Source: the human T2T-CHM13v2.0 reference genome, Homo sapiens
Assembly (NCBI RefSeq): GCF_009914755.1
Contig: NC_060928.1
DNA length: 64,000 nt
Strand: one strand, 5' to 3'
Shown here one piece after another: positions 13,801 through 27,216 of this stretch. A model generated the notes under the pieces. The model was not told the DNA's origin. It did no database searches and saw only the letters and a list, made by a program, of their open reading frames with translations. Both the position numbers and the translations under genes were made by a program. Position 1 is the first letter of the stretch; each line of letters starts with the position of its first letter.

Positions 13801-14206
13801 GGCTGGCACGGAGCACCCCAGGGAGCGGGCTGTCCTCGGCCAGCAGGGCCCCAGCACAAGGGCCAGAGGCAAAGTCCCAGTGCCTCTGGGACAAGAGCAA
13901 CAAGAGCATCCAGTTGGCCAACAGGCCCATGGGGGCGCCCACCTCAACCCCACCTTCACCCAGCTCCAGGCGCCACAGCATCCAGGGAGGCAGCTGTGAC
14001 GGCGGGCCCGGTGTGGTTGGCGGCACGGGGTGCCGTGCTCCGTCAGGCCTCCCAGGAAAGAGGCTGTGGTAGGGCAACGAGGGCCACGGCCCGAAGGCCA
14101 CATGGCGTGGTGCCATTGGGCCAGGCTTTCTGCTTGGAGGCCGAGGGCAGGGCGCGAAGCACGCTGACAGTGACAACCACAGAAAGAGCCGGAGCCAGCA
14201 GGGTGA

Positions 14207-17200
14207 GATATAAAAATCTGTATTTATATTACAATGACATAAGGACACAGCACGGCCCACACGGTGGACAGGTGGCCGGGGGCCCCTTTCCCCCTCTAGC
14301 GCACGCCCCCCTCACCGGCACCAGGCCCTCGTGTGGCCCCCGACTCTGGCACGGAACCTGCCCTAGTGCCCAACATGGACCTGGGGCCACCCTGCTGGCC
14401 GAGGGTCAGGGTCCTCTGTGCAGGCAGTGGGGAGGGGGTCCCAGGTTCCCTGACAGAGGGAGGCAGGGCACGGGGGAGCCTGCCTCACCCAGCGGACAGC
14501 ACGGGCCGGGGCAGACAGAGCAGGGACCCTAGGGCCACAGACCGGTACAGGGTTCCACCACCCGGGGACACAGGCCCAAGCACCGTGCCACTAAGATGGG
14601 GTCTGCAGAGGCAAAGCCTTGCTGCAGCCTCTCCCACTCTGCGAGGATGGCGGGGGTCTGCTATGTGGTTTGCGGGGGTTATCCTGGTATGCGGGAGCTG
14701 CCTTCCAATAAGGCTGGGGAACCCAAGCCTGAGTCTGGGTGCTCAGTGGCCGAGAGCACTGGTGTGGGCTGGGAGGGCACACGCAGAGGCTCAGGAGCCC
14801 CGGGCTCTGTTCTGCTTCTGTCTGCTCTCTATAGACACGGTGATGGCCTCTTGGTCCCTGCAGCCTCCAGTGATGGCAGCCTGGGCCCCTGACAGGGAGC
14901 AGTGGGAGGTTGGAGCATGTGGTGACTCCTAGCACGGGCCCCCACCCAGTGGGCAACCCCTCACCCACCTGCTGATGGCAGGGAGGGGCAGCTGAACAGC
15001 ACCCCGGGTGGCTGAGACTGCCTCCCAGTCCACGTGGGAACCACGGCCTCAAGAGCCACAGGCTGAGCTGCCGGGAGGGTGGGCTGAGGGGCCACCACTG
15101 GTCACCGGGTGGATTCTGCTGGTCAGAGATGAGAGCAGAAGCCCCTAGCTGCCTCAGGCACTGGAGGGTGGGGCAGGGAGCTGGTGCTTCAAGAATTGAG
15201 GGCAGGGACACGACCACCTCAGGGCCCTGCAGTGCTGGCTGGGGAAGCAAGCTTTTACACACGGCCCGCCTTGCTCGGAGGTGCCACGGTGTTTGAAATG
15301 AAGCCTGGGGGGACAGACTCAGGCAGGCAGGGGAAGCTCCTTTCTGGGCACCCCTGGACCCCAGTGGGGCCGGAAGGAGATGCAGACAGGCCTCCTCACA
15401 ACCACCCGCAACGCGTTCGGATGCCCCTCAGCTCCAGGCACCATGCCCCCTACAGCCTGCAGGGCAGGTTCTGTGCCAGAGTTGTTTCCAGGGACCCCCT
15501 TCCGCCACAGTGGGCCCCCCATCCTGGGGCGTCTATGCGTACGACTGAAAATAGACACGAATTTTCCCCATGATATGGGAATTGGCTACAGATGTACCAG
15601 AGGCACGGCAGGCACTGCTATGGGCCAGCCCCAAGGACAGAGGACGTCAGGAAGGAAAGGCGGGTGCAAGCCTCCTGGTGCCAGGCCTGCACCACCCAGC
15701 GAGCACAGTCTTCATTGGCTGCCAGTGTCTGAAACCTGGAACCCTCGCCTAGGCCAGGAAGCAGGGGGCTCGAGTCAGGTGACAGGTGAGAATCCATCTC
15801 TCTAGTGAGCAAGCAGGCCCCTGCCAGCCACTGGGGAGGGCAACACTGGGGACCAGGTCACAGCCCCTCCGTGCCACCCACAGGGGCCTGGCTGCATCGC
15901 CTCCAGGAAGCCCTGGCTGCCGGGAGGGGCTGCCCACAGGAGATGGGAGGACAGCACTAGCTGGGCAGGCCTGGGGCACCCTGAGCCACGAGGGACATGC
16001 TGGTGGGAAGGGCAAGGCCTGACACAAGACACAAGGCACACTTTGACGACGTGACGGAGGGACAGGTCCCTGAGACGCTGGGTGGCTCCCACCCCTCAGC
16101 AAACAAGGACGCAACAACAGCTAGGAAAATAGAATACAAAAATCTGGTACAGGAAACAGAGGCGGCACACACGGACGTCCCTAGGCCGAGAGTCTTTAGG
16201 CTTTCTTCTTTTTAAAAATGGTTTTTTTTTTTTTTCTGGGAAAGCCTCTCTGCCAGCTGAAGCTGCCGCAGCAGAGCTCATGAGAAGCCCTTTCCTAAGG
16301 TGGCTCCAGGAGCCCTAACCGGGCTGCTGGGCAGTGCAGCATTTTACTTTTTTGCTTTTTGTTTAAAAAAGGGAGATGAGTAAGCCCCCGAGGACCCAGC
16401 GGCTGCAACTTAACCAGCCTCCAGTTCACCCCAGCCCCAGCCAGGAAGAGAAGCCCCTCTCCTGTGCAGACAGGCAGGACTACTGGGTGGGCGTGGGTGA
16501 GCAGGAGCTAGAGGGGGATCCAGGCACAGCCCAGGGGCTGTTTGCCAGATGACCCCTGAAGGCCATCATCCCCAGAACATGTGACCTCGGGACGCCCAGG
16601 TGTGTCTGCATGTGTGAGCATGTACATGAGTGGGTGTGTCTAGGTGCGTGCGCGTGTGCGTCTGACAGTCCTACCAGAGCAGACGCTGCCCAGCTCGGCG
16701 TGGGCTGGGCTGGCCTGCCTGGCCCCGAGAGCCCAGCCCTAGGTTCTGACACCTGCGAAGTGGGAAGGACCTTAACCACCCACCTGCCCCAGGTGCTCAC
16801 CCAGTTCCCGCCCTTCACAGACCCCTTGTCCACGCCAGGAGCCTATGTGGACTGACAGGTAGGTGGACAGACGGACGGATGGACAGACAGCCTTGCCTTC
16901 CTTCCTTCCTCGGTCCACTCCTTTCTCCTGGGATCCAGGGTTGGGGTCTGAGCTCCCTGTGGTGGTCATTAAGCCCCTCACACGGCACCTGCCGAGGTTT
17001 GCAGCAATGACGTTTAATACTTCTGGAATGATTAGGAATCTGAGAACAGACCGTGGGCGGCTATGCTGACCAGGGCTCCGGATGTGGAAGCTGGGCCCTG
17101 CCTCCTTGCAGGGGACTCTGCCCAGCTGGAAGGGGCAGGCAGCTCGGCAGGCCCTGACCGGCAAGCGGGCAGTGCCAGGCAGCCCAGCAGCAGCTGGAGC

Positions 17201-17315
17201 TTCCAGAATGGCACAGCAGTGGGCCTGTGGAGAGGCTGGCGTCAACTGAAGGAGAACTGGAGGGCTGACACGCGTGGCTGGCGGGCAGGCAGGCCAAGGA
17301 GCAGAGGGCACGGGC
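14207..17315 (-). other. MXD4: MXD4 3'UTR (long form; end approximate)
   Basis: Follows the stop codon; distal non-canonical poly(A) signal AATATA/TATAAA (14223-14230) with TGTA immediately upstream. Confidence 0.75.
16849..16928 (-). ncRNA. MIR4800: MIR4800 precursor hairpin in the MXD4 3'UTR
   Basis: Minus strand reads GGAGAAAGGAGTGGACCGAGGAAGGAAGGAAGGCAAGGCTGTCTGTCCATCCGTCCGTCTGTCCACCTACCTGTCAGTCC, matching hsa-mir-4800 as I recall it; the purine arm pairs with the pyrimidine arm. Confidence 0.8.
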
Positions 17316-17473
17316 CTACGAGAGGGCGGGGCGGCCCAGCCGCCGGCAGTGGGGCCCGAAGCCACTGTCGCCGCCGGTGCCACTCTGCAGGCTGTAGTGG
17401 TCGTCCGCGTCACTGCTGCTGCCAACACTGTCCAGCTCACCAGGGCCAAACTCCATGCCCTCTATGTCCACTT
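17316..17473 (-). CDS. MXD4: MXD4 exon 6 (EVDIEGMEFGPGELDSVGSSSDADDHYSLQS...RPALS*)
   Basis: Acceptor TCCCTAG|AA at 17473; TAG at 17316-17318; total CDS 630 nt = 209 aa + stop. Confidence 0.97.
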
Positions 17474-17855
17474 CTAGGGAGAATAGAGTGGGGATGGGGT
17501 CAGGCCACTCTGAGGGTGCCAGCCCATTTCTCCCTTTTCTGGAAGCAGAAGCTCTAGGCAGAGGGGCAGAAGTGCGGAGGGCGCTGTCTGGGCCCTGGGG
17601 CAGCAGACGCCAGGAGGGCTCTGGCTGAGAACCCGGCCTCAGAAGCACCAGTCCTCAGCGGGCCACACAGCCTCTGCATCCCACCCTCCCTGTCCAGTCC
17701 CTTCTGCGCTTAGTGACAAACACACACCCCAGTGCAGCAGGGAGCTGGGAGGGTTCTCCCCAGCCCCAGCACCAGGCACCTCCTCTCCACCCAGGGAGCT
17801 GCACCACTGCGCACCCGGAGGCCCAGGTGAGGCTGCCCCGCGCCCCACGCCCCAC

Positions 17856-18018
17856 CTTGCTCTGAGTCGTCCGTGGAGACAGCAGAGCCCGTGCTATCTG
17901 TGCGCACGCGCTCCACGCTCTGCACCGACAGCTGCTCCAGGCGCCGCTTCAGGAAACGATGCTCCTGCTGCAGCTGCTCCTTGATGCTCAGTGCCCGGCG
18001 GTCCTGCTCCTCCAGTTT
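17856..18018 (-). CDS. MXD4: MXD4 exon 5 (leucine zipper KLEEQDRRALSIKEQLQQEHRFLKRRLEQL...STDDSEQ)
   Basis: Acceptor CCCCAG|AAA at 18018; donor AAG|GTGGGG at 17856; 163 nt. Confidence 0.97.
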
Positions 18019-19179
18019 CTGGGGTCGAGGGGGGCTGTGAGCTCACAGCGGGAAGAGGAGTCCCCCCATCCCCCTGGCCAGGCACTGGGGCACCCAGGCC
18101 TGGGCCCGGGAGGTTCCCCATCCCTGCCAAGACCTAGCCAAGGCTACAGGCCACAGGGTGCCCAGTCTCTGCCAGCCCCACAGCCTGAGGTGGGTCCCTC
18201 CCTGCCCCAGCCAGGCGGTCACAGTCAGATGCCACCTCCCAGCCCTGTGGTTTCTGTCTACGGCCCAGCTCTAATACCCGCAGCCACCAGGCAGCCTTGG
18301 CCAAGTTGAGCCATGTGTGGCAGCGGGTCAGTGCTACCCAATCTTTGGCTGGCACCGTCTCCAGGACAGTCCTGCTTACAGCGGGTCTCCTCACACACTC
18401 CCAGCCCTGCCCGCCCCCATCGGGCTGTGGCCTATGCCATGCCTGTCCCTGCAACACCTGTGCCCTGCCCTCTCTAAACCTTCCTGTGGGCCCCACTGAG
18501 ACACTGCTTGCTCTGTGAGGGCCCCCAGGGCTCTGGTTGTGCCCCTCTCAAAGCTCCTGACACCCCAGCCTGAAGGTGACCATGCCTATGCAGGCAGAAG
18601 AGGCCCTCAGAGCAGATAGAGATTTGCCCTGGTTGGTCCAAATGTCACAAGGCCCCCAAACCAACAGGGCTGTCAAAAGTCCTTTGGGGGGCGGTCCCAG
18701 GGAATGTCTCCCTGAGCCCAGACCCACTGCCAGCTCCCGCTGCCCCAACCCCACCCTGGCACCCCCATCAGGCTGCCTACTTTTAGTCTGCCTTCTGATG
18801 GCACCCAGGAAACCCTGGCCCCCTCTCTCCTTCCAGCAGCTGCCTCTTCACAGCCCAGGACCCCAGAGAGCAATCTGTCCCCCGACCTCCTCCTCTCCAT
18901 CCCAGTCTATGCTGCGATGCGGCTTCTTATGCCATCAGCACCCAACAAACCCGACACAAGCCACGGAACAGCCTCGACCCCTTGGCAGCTCCTGTTGCTG
19001 CTCCTCCACCCTGGCAAAACCCACCAGGCCCCCGACACACACCCGCCAGATGGCTCCCCACCCATCTTCAGGCCCTCTGATCCAAGGGCTGCCCAGGGTC
19101 ACCTGTGAGCACCCCCCCAGGGCGTGCAGGGACACTGAGGCAGCCAGACAGGGCAGGGTGGAGAGCAAGGCCCACTCAC

Positions 19180-19294
19180 CTTGATGTGCACCTTGGCCCG
19201 CTTCAGGAGGCTCAGCGTGGTGTGGCGGGTGCTGTCGGGGCCCAGGGGCACCAGTTGCTTGAGCTGCTCAAGGTACAGCCTGAGTTTGGCTCGT
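19180..19294 (-). CDS. MXD4: MXD4 exon 4 (HLH: [38 protein letters not shown])
   Basis: Acceptor TTTCAG|A at 19294; donor AAG|GTGAGT at 19180; 115 nt. Confidence 0.97.
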
Positions 19295-21289
19295 CTGAAA
19301 GAGCCAGAGACAGAACCATCAGGCTGGGGTGGGGGAGGGCAGCAGGCAGTTTCCAGGGCCCTGCACAGACCCACCCCCACCATCCACTGCTGCACATGTG
19401 CTGAGGGTCCCTCTCTAAGGATCCCCTCCTGGCCTGGTTGGGAACCCCCGTCCCCCACCCCCAGGAGGAGCCCAACACCCACAGCCCCCAGACACCTGGC
19501 AGAAGCGCCCAGCTCACCATGGCCTGCAAAGCCTCAGCGCGTCACCGCCAGGCATTTCCTAGGAGCCCCAGCTCGCCCCCCTGCCATCCCCCATCCCCCA
19601 TCCCCACCCTGGAGTCCACATGCAGGGAGGGGTGGGGTGAGGCGAGGGTGCCTTTCAGGCTGCACCGAGATCTGGAAGGACCCAGACAAGATTCACGTCT
19701 CTCTACCTCATCGTGCACAACGTGCTCTCTGTCACTTTTGTGACCATGGAAACATGATCAGCCTAGGTCAAGGGAGGGCCAGGGACCAGGCCCTTCCAAC
19801 CCAAGTTTCATATCCCTTTGGAAACTGCCTCATTCCAGATTCTGTCCCCGTATCCACAGATGAATCCACTTTCCACAAAACTGGAGCCATGACATCCAGT
19901 GGTGCTTGCTTGCTTGTTCACACTCAAGGGTACTTGCTCACATGCCACAATCCTCCAGGACACATTCATCGGGCACCTCAGGAGAGGGGCCCTGGCTTCA
20001 TCCTAGGCCTGCCCCTGTGGAAACACCGCCTTCCCTGCTGGCCTGCTTGTCTGCGGGGGAGGCTGGTGGAGCTCACGGGGTGCGGGGAGCCCAGCTCACC
20101 CAGAGGCATCAACTCGGCCTGGGACCCTGGCCAGGCCCACGTGCACCTGCCTGGCAGTGCAGGGCACCCGGAGGTTTTGTCACTGCCATGTTCAACCACG
20201 GACTCACCCATCCCGTGCAGGCCGCAGAGGCTGCTTCCAAATATAGGACACTTTGATTTGGGTAAATCCTTACGAGTGGAATGACCAGGTGAAGGGGCAG
20301 GAATATTTTTTGTCTTTTGAAAACCTGCCGCCCAACTGCCCTGCCACAGCTGATGCCTACACACGTGACTTTCCCCACGTGGTGCCAACACTGAGCACCC
20401 CAGCCTTGGCATGTCTGCTCCTGCCGTTCCCAAGCCCAGCAAATCTTGTCCCCCTGGGAGTAACGTCGGCAGGGACAGCCATTTCCTCTGGACAGAGGAG
20501 GAGCCTGAAGAAGGAGGGGGCTGCTGGGTGCAGCGGTAACAGCCCCACCAGTCGGGAGGTCTGCCTGGAGGTGGCCTGAACAGGGCCAAGATCCTCAACG
20601 TCTCCCACGCTGTCTCCCATGCACAGGTGCAGGGAAAGGGGTCCCAGGCTGCCGCTCTGTGACTACCCCAGTGCCTGGAAGCTCAGCCTCCCCACCGCCA
20701 ACAGGAGTGAGCGCCCTGCCGCCCCCCACCCCAGGAACTGTGTAGGCAAGAGGCCAAAGCGTGCTCTCTCTGCTCAGGGAGGGGTCCTTTCCCAAGGCGC
20801 GTCGCCACTGTACTGCAGCCACCACTGGGACGAGGTTTGCAAGTGGGGACGTTGCCAGGGGTCTCCTTCCCTGGTCCACTCTAGCAAATGGCTTTCCATC
20901 CCACCATGTAATTACATCAGCACTATATGACCTCTGTAGAACAATTTAAAAATGCAAATCAACAAAAAGGAAAAAAAATAAAAAAAAATTAAAAGTACCC
21001 CCGAATTCCACCACCCCAAAACAACCTCATTATCATTTTAGTGTGTTACATATGCACATCATGAATGTTAAGTGAAAAATTAGAATACGGAACCACATAG
21101 GTGACAAGTGACCCAATTTTGTTTAAAAAATAAAAGAGCAGACGCACACAAGAGACGACAGAATCAAACAAGGCACAGGGAGCGTGCGTCTCCAGGCGAA
21201 GCACCCGGCAATTTTATTTCTTTAGCTTTGTGCTTTTCTGTATTTTCCAGGTTTTCTACGCTTAAAAAAAAACACACACAGACATTGCT

Positions 21290-21900
21290 GTGACAATCAG
21301 AGAAAGACACGTTTGCACAAGAAAGAAAAACACAGCTGAGAGACAAAGAACAAGTAGAAAAATCTTTGCAATACATATAAAAGACAAATGGTTAGTATTT
21401 GTGGTATTTTGAGCTCATACACATCAAAAATTAAAAGCAGAATGCCTCGATGTCACAACGGGCGAAGGACACAAACAGGCTGCAGGACACGAGGGCCAAC
21501 CTAACCTAACGCCCGGCTCCATCTCACCCGAGCCAGGAAATGCACACACAAACAAGGAGGTACAACTTGCACCCTCCGACAGGCTGACATGAGAAGGGAT
21601 GGCTCCTGCGCCAGCCACTTCGAGGGGTCGTTGATGGTTTGCTGGTGGGAGAGCAAAAGGGGACACAGGTCTGAAGGGCCATCGATACAGTTATCACTGA
21701 CCGCCAACCAGCATCTCTACTTCTAGGGCCTTGGTCCTACAAAACTATCCCCCCAGATCCACAAAGGTCTGCGCTCACCAAGGCACATCGCAGGACTGTC
21801 CGGAAGTCCCTGTGTAAACCAGAGGGTCATCACAAAGAACGCTGGTGGCACAGCCAAGTGTCCTGTGCAGTCATCAGGGATGAGAAGGTGGAGGAGTGTG
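21290..21900 (+). mobile_element. Heavily diverged L1M-like fragment in MXD4 intron 3
   Basis: AGAAAAATCTTTGCAATACATATAAAAGACAAATGGTTAGTATT...GAGCTCATACACATCAAAAA resembles L1 ORF2-end/3'UTR. Confidence 0.55.
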
Positions 21901-24753
21901 CCCTGACGCAGGCGGACAGGACTTACGTACGTGGTGTCGGGTGAAAGATCAAGTGAGGAAATGGAGAACAAGGTCCCCTCCTTATCCAAGTCTCATCGGC
22001 AATGTTAGTGCCCGCGGGGAGCAGTGGAGGATGTGGCTCAGCCTCTGAGTGCCTGGGATGCGGTCTCTGGGGTGGGGTGCAGGGGAGGTCCGTGAACAGA
22101 CCGCTTTAGAAATCACGGAACACCTTTCTCGAGAGACAAACAGAAGCCATCTGACCACACACACGCACTGTCCAAAACCCAGTAACAGGTCCACCTGGCC
22201 CAAGAGTGTGGGCGCCAGGGCTGGAGGCCACAGAAATTCCTGCCCTGGAGAGCAGCAGTGGCCTGGAGCCAACTCTACAGTGGCTGGTTGCGGGACCCCA
22301 GGAAGATCCCCACCCACCCCTCTGAGCCATGAAGCCCCTCAGCCCGGGGCTGCACTGGGCTCCTGCTGAGCCCTCCCCTCCTGAAGCCGCTGCAGTGCCC
22401 TGGGCCCCCTGCCAGCACCCCACGGCTGTCCCTGGGCATCCAAAGGGCTTTTAAAACCTCCACTTCCTGAAGGAACCCTGTGTGGATTCAGGAGGCAGAA
22501 CCCGCCTGCAGGACTAGCACGCTGGGCTGGTATCGACAGCAGCCCCACCTCTGACGCAGCACTTCCCAGCTCCCCCAAAAACCCCCATGCCCAGAGGGGG
22601 ACCCAGGGCACCGAGAGGGCATGGCTCCACGCCAGCATCCCAGCCAACCAGAGAGCCTGGCTGCCGCTGCCGGGGAGCTGGGGGTGGCCCAGGAGCAAGC
22701 GTGCCTCCCACTCCCTCTGCCTGCGTTTTCTAGATGTTGCCAACAGAACTTCCCGAGGTATGTGAAAGCCGTGTGAGGCTGCACCAGCACATGAGGCTGG
22801 GCTGCAGGGGGCTCCTGGGGACCTCCTGGACGTGCCTGGGGGAATGTGGGGCAGAGACTCAGCTGAAGACTCTGGACTGGCCTTTGGGATGGGTCCTGCC
22901 ATTCAGCGGCTGTCAAGGGCCAGGAAAGAAGGCTGGGACCTTCCCCCAAAACACACTAAGATCAGAGCCTGGAGTGGGGCCAGTGAGGTCAGCAGCCAAG
23001 AAGGCGAGGCCTCCACGGTCCCCAGGACCCTGGGGTTGGCAACGGCCTCAGACCTGCTGGAGCTGCCTCTCTACAAAGGGATGAGGAGCAGGGCTGGGCA
23101 GGCTTGGCTCAGAGCACCCACAGGGGAAGTCCCACAGGCCCTGCCCAGTCCCCAGTAAGGGGACAACTCCGGGCAAAGCGATGTCCAGGGCCTGCCTCCC
23201 GGGGATGGCTGGGTGGCCCAGCCAGGGGCTTCCTTCCTTTCTCAAGACAGCACGCAGCCCTTCCTGCAGCCAAGAGCAGCTGGCATCAGGTAGGCTGTGA
23301 TCCAGGGCCCCAAGCTCCAGGCCTGTAGGTGCTTGGGGCTGTCCACATCCGCCTCTTGGCCAGCCAGAGACAGAGACCCCCTGCACTGGGGTGGGGGAGT
23401 CCACAGAGACACCCTGGCTGCCCACACACCCCTCCTCTGTGTCTCAAGAAGGCCCCATGAGGCCCTGGCTAAATGCAGCCTCTGGGAGGAGAGGACAGAG
23501 GGCAAAGCCAGGTCAAAGGGCAGCTGCAGGGGTCCCCTGTCCTCCCCAAGGGCTGCCACGCCCTTGCCACCCACCCTCCCCCAATGTCACTGCCCCTTAA
23601 TCTGTCCCCATTGGGGGGCTGTCCTCCCAGGGACCGCCTCCAGGAAGCCTTCCCTGAACACCCCCACGTGCCTGCCCCGGCTCCTGGGTCCTGGTCAAGG
23701 CTAGGCTGGTCTTCTTAGGCCTGGAACAATTCCAGGCCTGCCTGGTTCTCTTGGGCCCTGTACCTGCCCCCACCTCTGTGGCCTCTAGGGAACCCCCCGA
23801 AACACACATGACCTGTCCAGGAAGTGCAGTTCCTCAGAGAACACTGCGTTCTGTCCCTGCCCAGCTGCCCGCCCCAGCCAGCGGCCTGAATCCCGGGAGA
23901 ACGGAAGTTGGTGCTGCTGTGGGGGTAGACATGGTGGGGAGGCGGAGAACTGGCCGAGCACCAAATCTTTCTGGAGGGGACTGTGGGGGGCTCAAGCAGC
24001 ACGCAGACCTGCCCCACTAGGAAGGGAGGACAGAGCTGACCCATTTCACAGACAGGATCACAAGTCAGGAGAGAGCGAAGGACCAGCATCCCTCAGGGGA
24101 CTCTTCCTGGTCCTGGCATGGGGGCTCCTGCCTCTAGGGCTGCCTCTGCACTCACCCAGGGCTCCCGCTGCCAGCCCCTAGGCCCCTGAGCTCACCTGCA
24201 CCTCATCCCCACCAGCAGAGCTGAGCCTGCAGCCCTAGCTGCCTCCGGCTGTCACCAGGAGGAATGAACACCCCGCAGCTTTACTCAAGAGCTCGCCTGA
24301 ATCCTGCCCTAGGCTGGAGCTTCCCAGGCGGCCAGGGACTGGCTGCCCTCCATCTGCCCCTCGGACAAGACTCTAGCACGGCTTCTTGGAAGGCAGACCC
24401 CAGGATGCACAGGGCAGAGAGCCGAACCCTCCTGATTGGAGACCACTGTCCTGAAAGCCAAGGGCCCTGACTGTCACACAGCACAAGGGGCCCTGCTCCA
24501 CATCTCTCACCCCCACCTGGATGAGCTCTGGAAAGCAGGGCCTGGGCCTCCTGCCATCTCCTGCCTCTAGCACAGAGTGCCTGAAACAGACCTCAGCCTT
24601 CTCCTCCAAGTCTGACCATTCCCAAGACAAGGACACAGCCTGGCAGCACGGCTGGCCGTGCCCGGGACAGGGGCAGGCTCAACGCACCACACACCCTCAG
24701 TAAAAGGGTGGGCCAGGTGTCGGGCTCATGTGGGGAACTGGGGGGTCACTTAC

Positions 24754-24783
24754 CTGTGCTTTTCTAGCTCGTTGTGTGAAGAC
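24754..24783 (-). CDS. MXD4: MXD4 exon 3, 30-nt microexon (basic region SSHNELEKHR)
   Basis: Acceptor TTCTAAACAG|G at 24783; donor CAG|GTAAGT at 24754; HNxLEKxRR motif of MYC/MAX/MXD basic regions. Confidence 0.96.
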
Positions 24784-24982
24784 CTGTTTAGAAAGACAGA
24801 AAGACAGAGCTCACTCTTCTGCCTGCCCACCAGGGCACAGAGAGCAGTGCTCTCCTAGGGGGCCAGGACCTGCAGACAGTGGCTGGCTGTGTCTGGGTCC
24901 TGGAATGGCCCAGAGCAGTGAGGCCTGGGGCAGGTGAGCAGTTGCCCACCCAGGGTGGGGGGAACCACATGCTAAGGGTGGG

Positions 24983-25100
24983 CGCTGGTTGTCAGCTTTG
25001 GGTACTCCGTGCCGGGGGAGCCGCAGCTCACGCCCTGGAGTTCTCCATGGGTCAGGGACTTGGTTTGGTGAGAAGCAGCAGCAGGGGCCAGCCTTGCTTA
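24983..25100. repeat. 118-bp dispersed direct repeat, copy 1
   Basis: Ungapped match to 27217-27334, about 14 mismatches by manual alignment. Confidence 0.9.
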
Positions 25101-27216
25101 CAGGGAGGCCCAGAGCTGCAGGCAGGTCCAGGGCGCCCAGGGCCACCAGCCCACCTAGCAAGGCCCGTGGTGAATCTGGCTGACAGGAGGACCTAGGCCC
25201 CCTTCCAGAGGGATGGGGGAGGCCCAGGGAGCAGCAACAGGTCCTGGCGCTGACCCCCACCAGCCACCTGCCTTCCCTGCTCCCCAATCCCTGAGGCCAG
25301 CTGTGTCCTTGGAGCCAAAGCAGCCTAGCACCCGGGACAAACAGCAGGTGGAGATGGAGCCCAGAGACCAGGCCCTCAGGACACAGGTGGTCCTGTCCTG
25401 ACACCACCACTCTCTCGGGCTCACACACCTGCGTGACCACAGCCCACCTTACCAATGGGGACCAGGGACACAGCAGCGTCAGCCAGGTCAGCCCATGAGG
25501 GGGCTTCTGAGATGTGGATGCTTCCCAGGCCAGTAGGCACAGGGGGACACTGAGGCCAGCCCTCCCACTTCCCTCAGGGGCTGTGCTAGCAGGATGGGCT
25601 GCCCTGGAGGCCCGGGCTCAGCTTCTCTGGGGACAGTGGCCCCACCTGCTGCTCACCTGTCTTGCCCATTCAGACGCGGGCACACAATTCCCAGCACCAC
25701 AGGGTGTGCCACAGCATCTGCCTGGAGGATAACGAGGCAGGGGGACCTCGCTCCCAGCTCCAGGCCACCTTCCGTGTCCAGGCAGGACCCCACAGGCCAG
25801 CCAGGGCTCCCGGGCCTCCCAGGATGCCGCTGCACAGGTGGGCAGAGAGCTCAGACTGCCTCGGGGCACCTCCAGACCCAGCCCTGAGGCCTCTCCCTGC
25901 CCTCAGGACCTGGCTCCTTCCTGAAGCTTCTTGCTGACCACTGCCTGCTTCAGGAACTTGGGATCTGGCGTCTCCTGTCCCAACCACTCAGGCCAAGGGC
26001 CTGCCCCTCCCACCCGCTGCACCAACAGGCCCTGGGCCTCCTTGTGTAGCCTCAGCAGAGCCTCCAGACCCAGGTCTCAGGGTCCGGGAGGGCCTGTTGG
26101 TCACATGGGCTGGACAAGGAGCCTCCGAATCACTGCCAGGGCCAGCCAGGGCCGACCAGGGCCAGCAGAGGCCACAGCCATATGCTCCTCACTGGCCTCA
26201 CAGAGATAGGCCCCTACGCCAGCGTTTCTGCTTCCCCAGAATAGGCAGGCCGCAGGAATGAGCCGTACTCTCTGTCCTCAGCCCAAACTGCAGCCTGGCC
26301 ACGTGGGTCTGTAGTCAAGAGGGAGGTCGGGGTCAGCAGGTGCCCTTCAACATAAAAGCCTACCTGCCTACCCCTTGAAGGGTGGCACGGGGCTGGACCC
26401 CACCCTGGAGGCAGGGGGCCCTCCTCCAGCAGCCAGGGCCCCTCTTGCAGCTCCTCCTGGGCCCAGAGACCCTTGGGGTCCATCGAGGGGGATGTTTGCA
26501 ACATGGGTCCCAGGAGCACTCTATCCCTCAGGAGAGGTGGGACCTGTCCCCGCTGAGGCCAGGCCAAGTGCGTTCCCAGCATTCCCGTGACCCCAGGAGA
26601 CAAGCACACTTCCCACAGAATGGACCCCCCTGCAGGCTGGCCCCAGTGCTCTGCCGCCTCCCTCAACCCTGACACTGTCCTCCGGCCCCACTCCCTACCC
26701 TTGCCCCAGCCTCACTGTGCCATGTCCCCTCCCTCACCTTGGCAGAGCATGGAAGCCTCACAGGTGGGGACAAGTCAGGGGCTCAGAGATCCTCTGGCCC
26801 CCTGCTCCGCCCAGCTACTTGTCTGGGCTGGCTGAGGAAACCTCCAGGGCAGTGCTGCCCACCCGAGGAAGGGGCCAAGCCGCCAGCCCTGGGCTGCCTC
26901 AGGCCCCGGGGGAGCGGGGCTCGGCCCAGAGGAGCCAGGGGAGATGCACCAGAGTTGGGGAGCCCTCTGTCTCCCTCACCAGTGCCCCCATGGTCTCTGT
27001 CCCAGCAGAATGTGGACAGCTGGGACCCCATCTCAGGAACAGGCGTCATCAGAGATGGGTGAGTGGCAGGCAAGTAACCAAACCTCTCCTTGCCTCAGTT
27101 TCCTTGGCCATAGAGATAAAAATCACATCACCTCTCTGAGCCTGGGGTGAAGATGAACTGGCTGCATGTGTGAAACGCTCAGCATAGAGGCAGTGTTCGG
27201 GCAGCCTTGGCCAGGA

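Noticed and set aside
16222-16235. T14 run (A14 in MXD4 mRNA) as a transcript end
   Set aside because: Genome-encoded A-run without a clear upstream signal; more likely an oligo-dT internal-priming site
19181-20284. 367-aa + strand ORF antisense to MXD4 exon 4/intron 3
   Set aside because: Low-complexity Pro/Gly/Arg/Ser-rich translation with no recognisable domain; long ORFs arise by chance in GC-rich DNA
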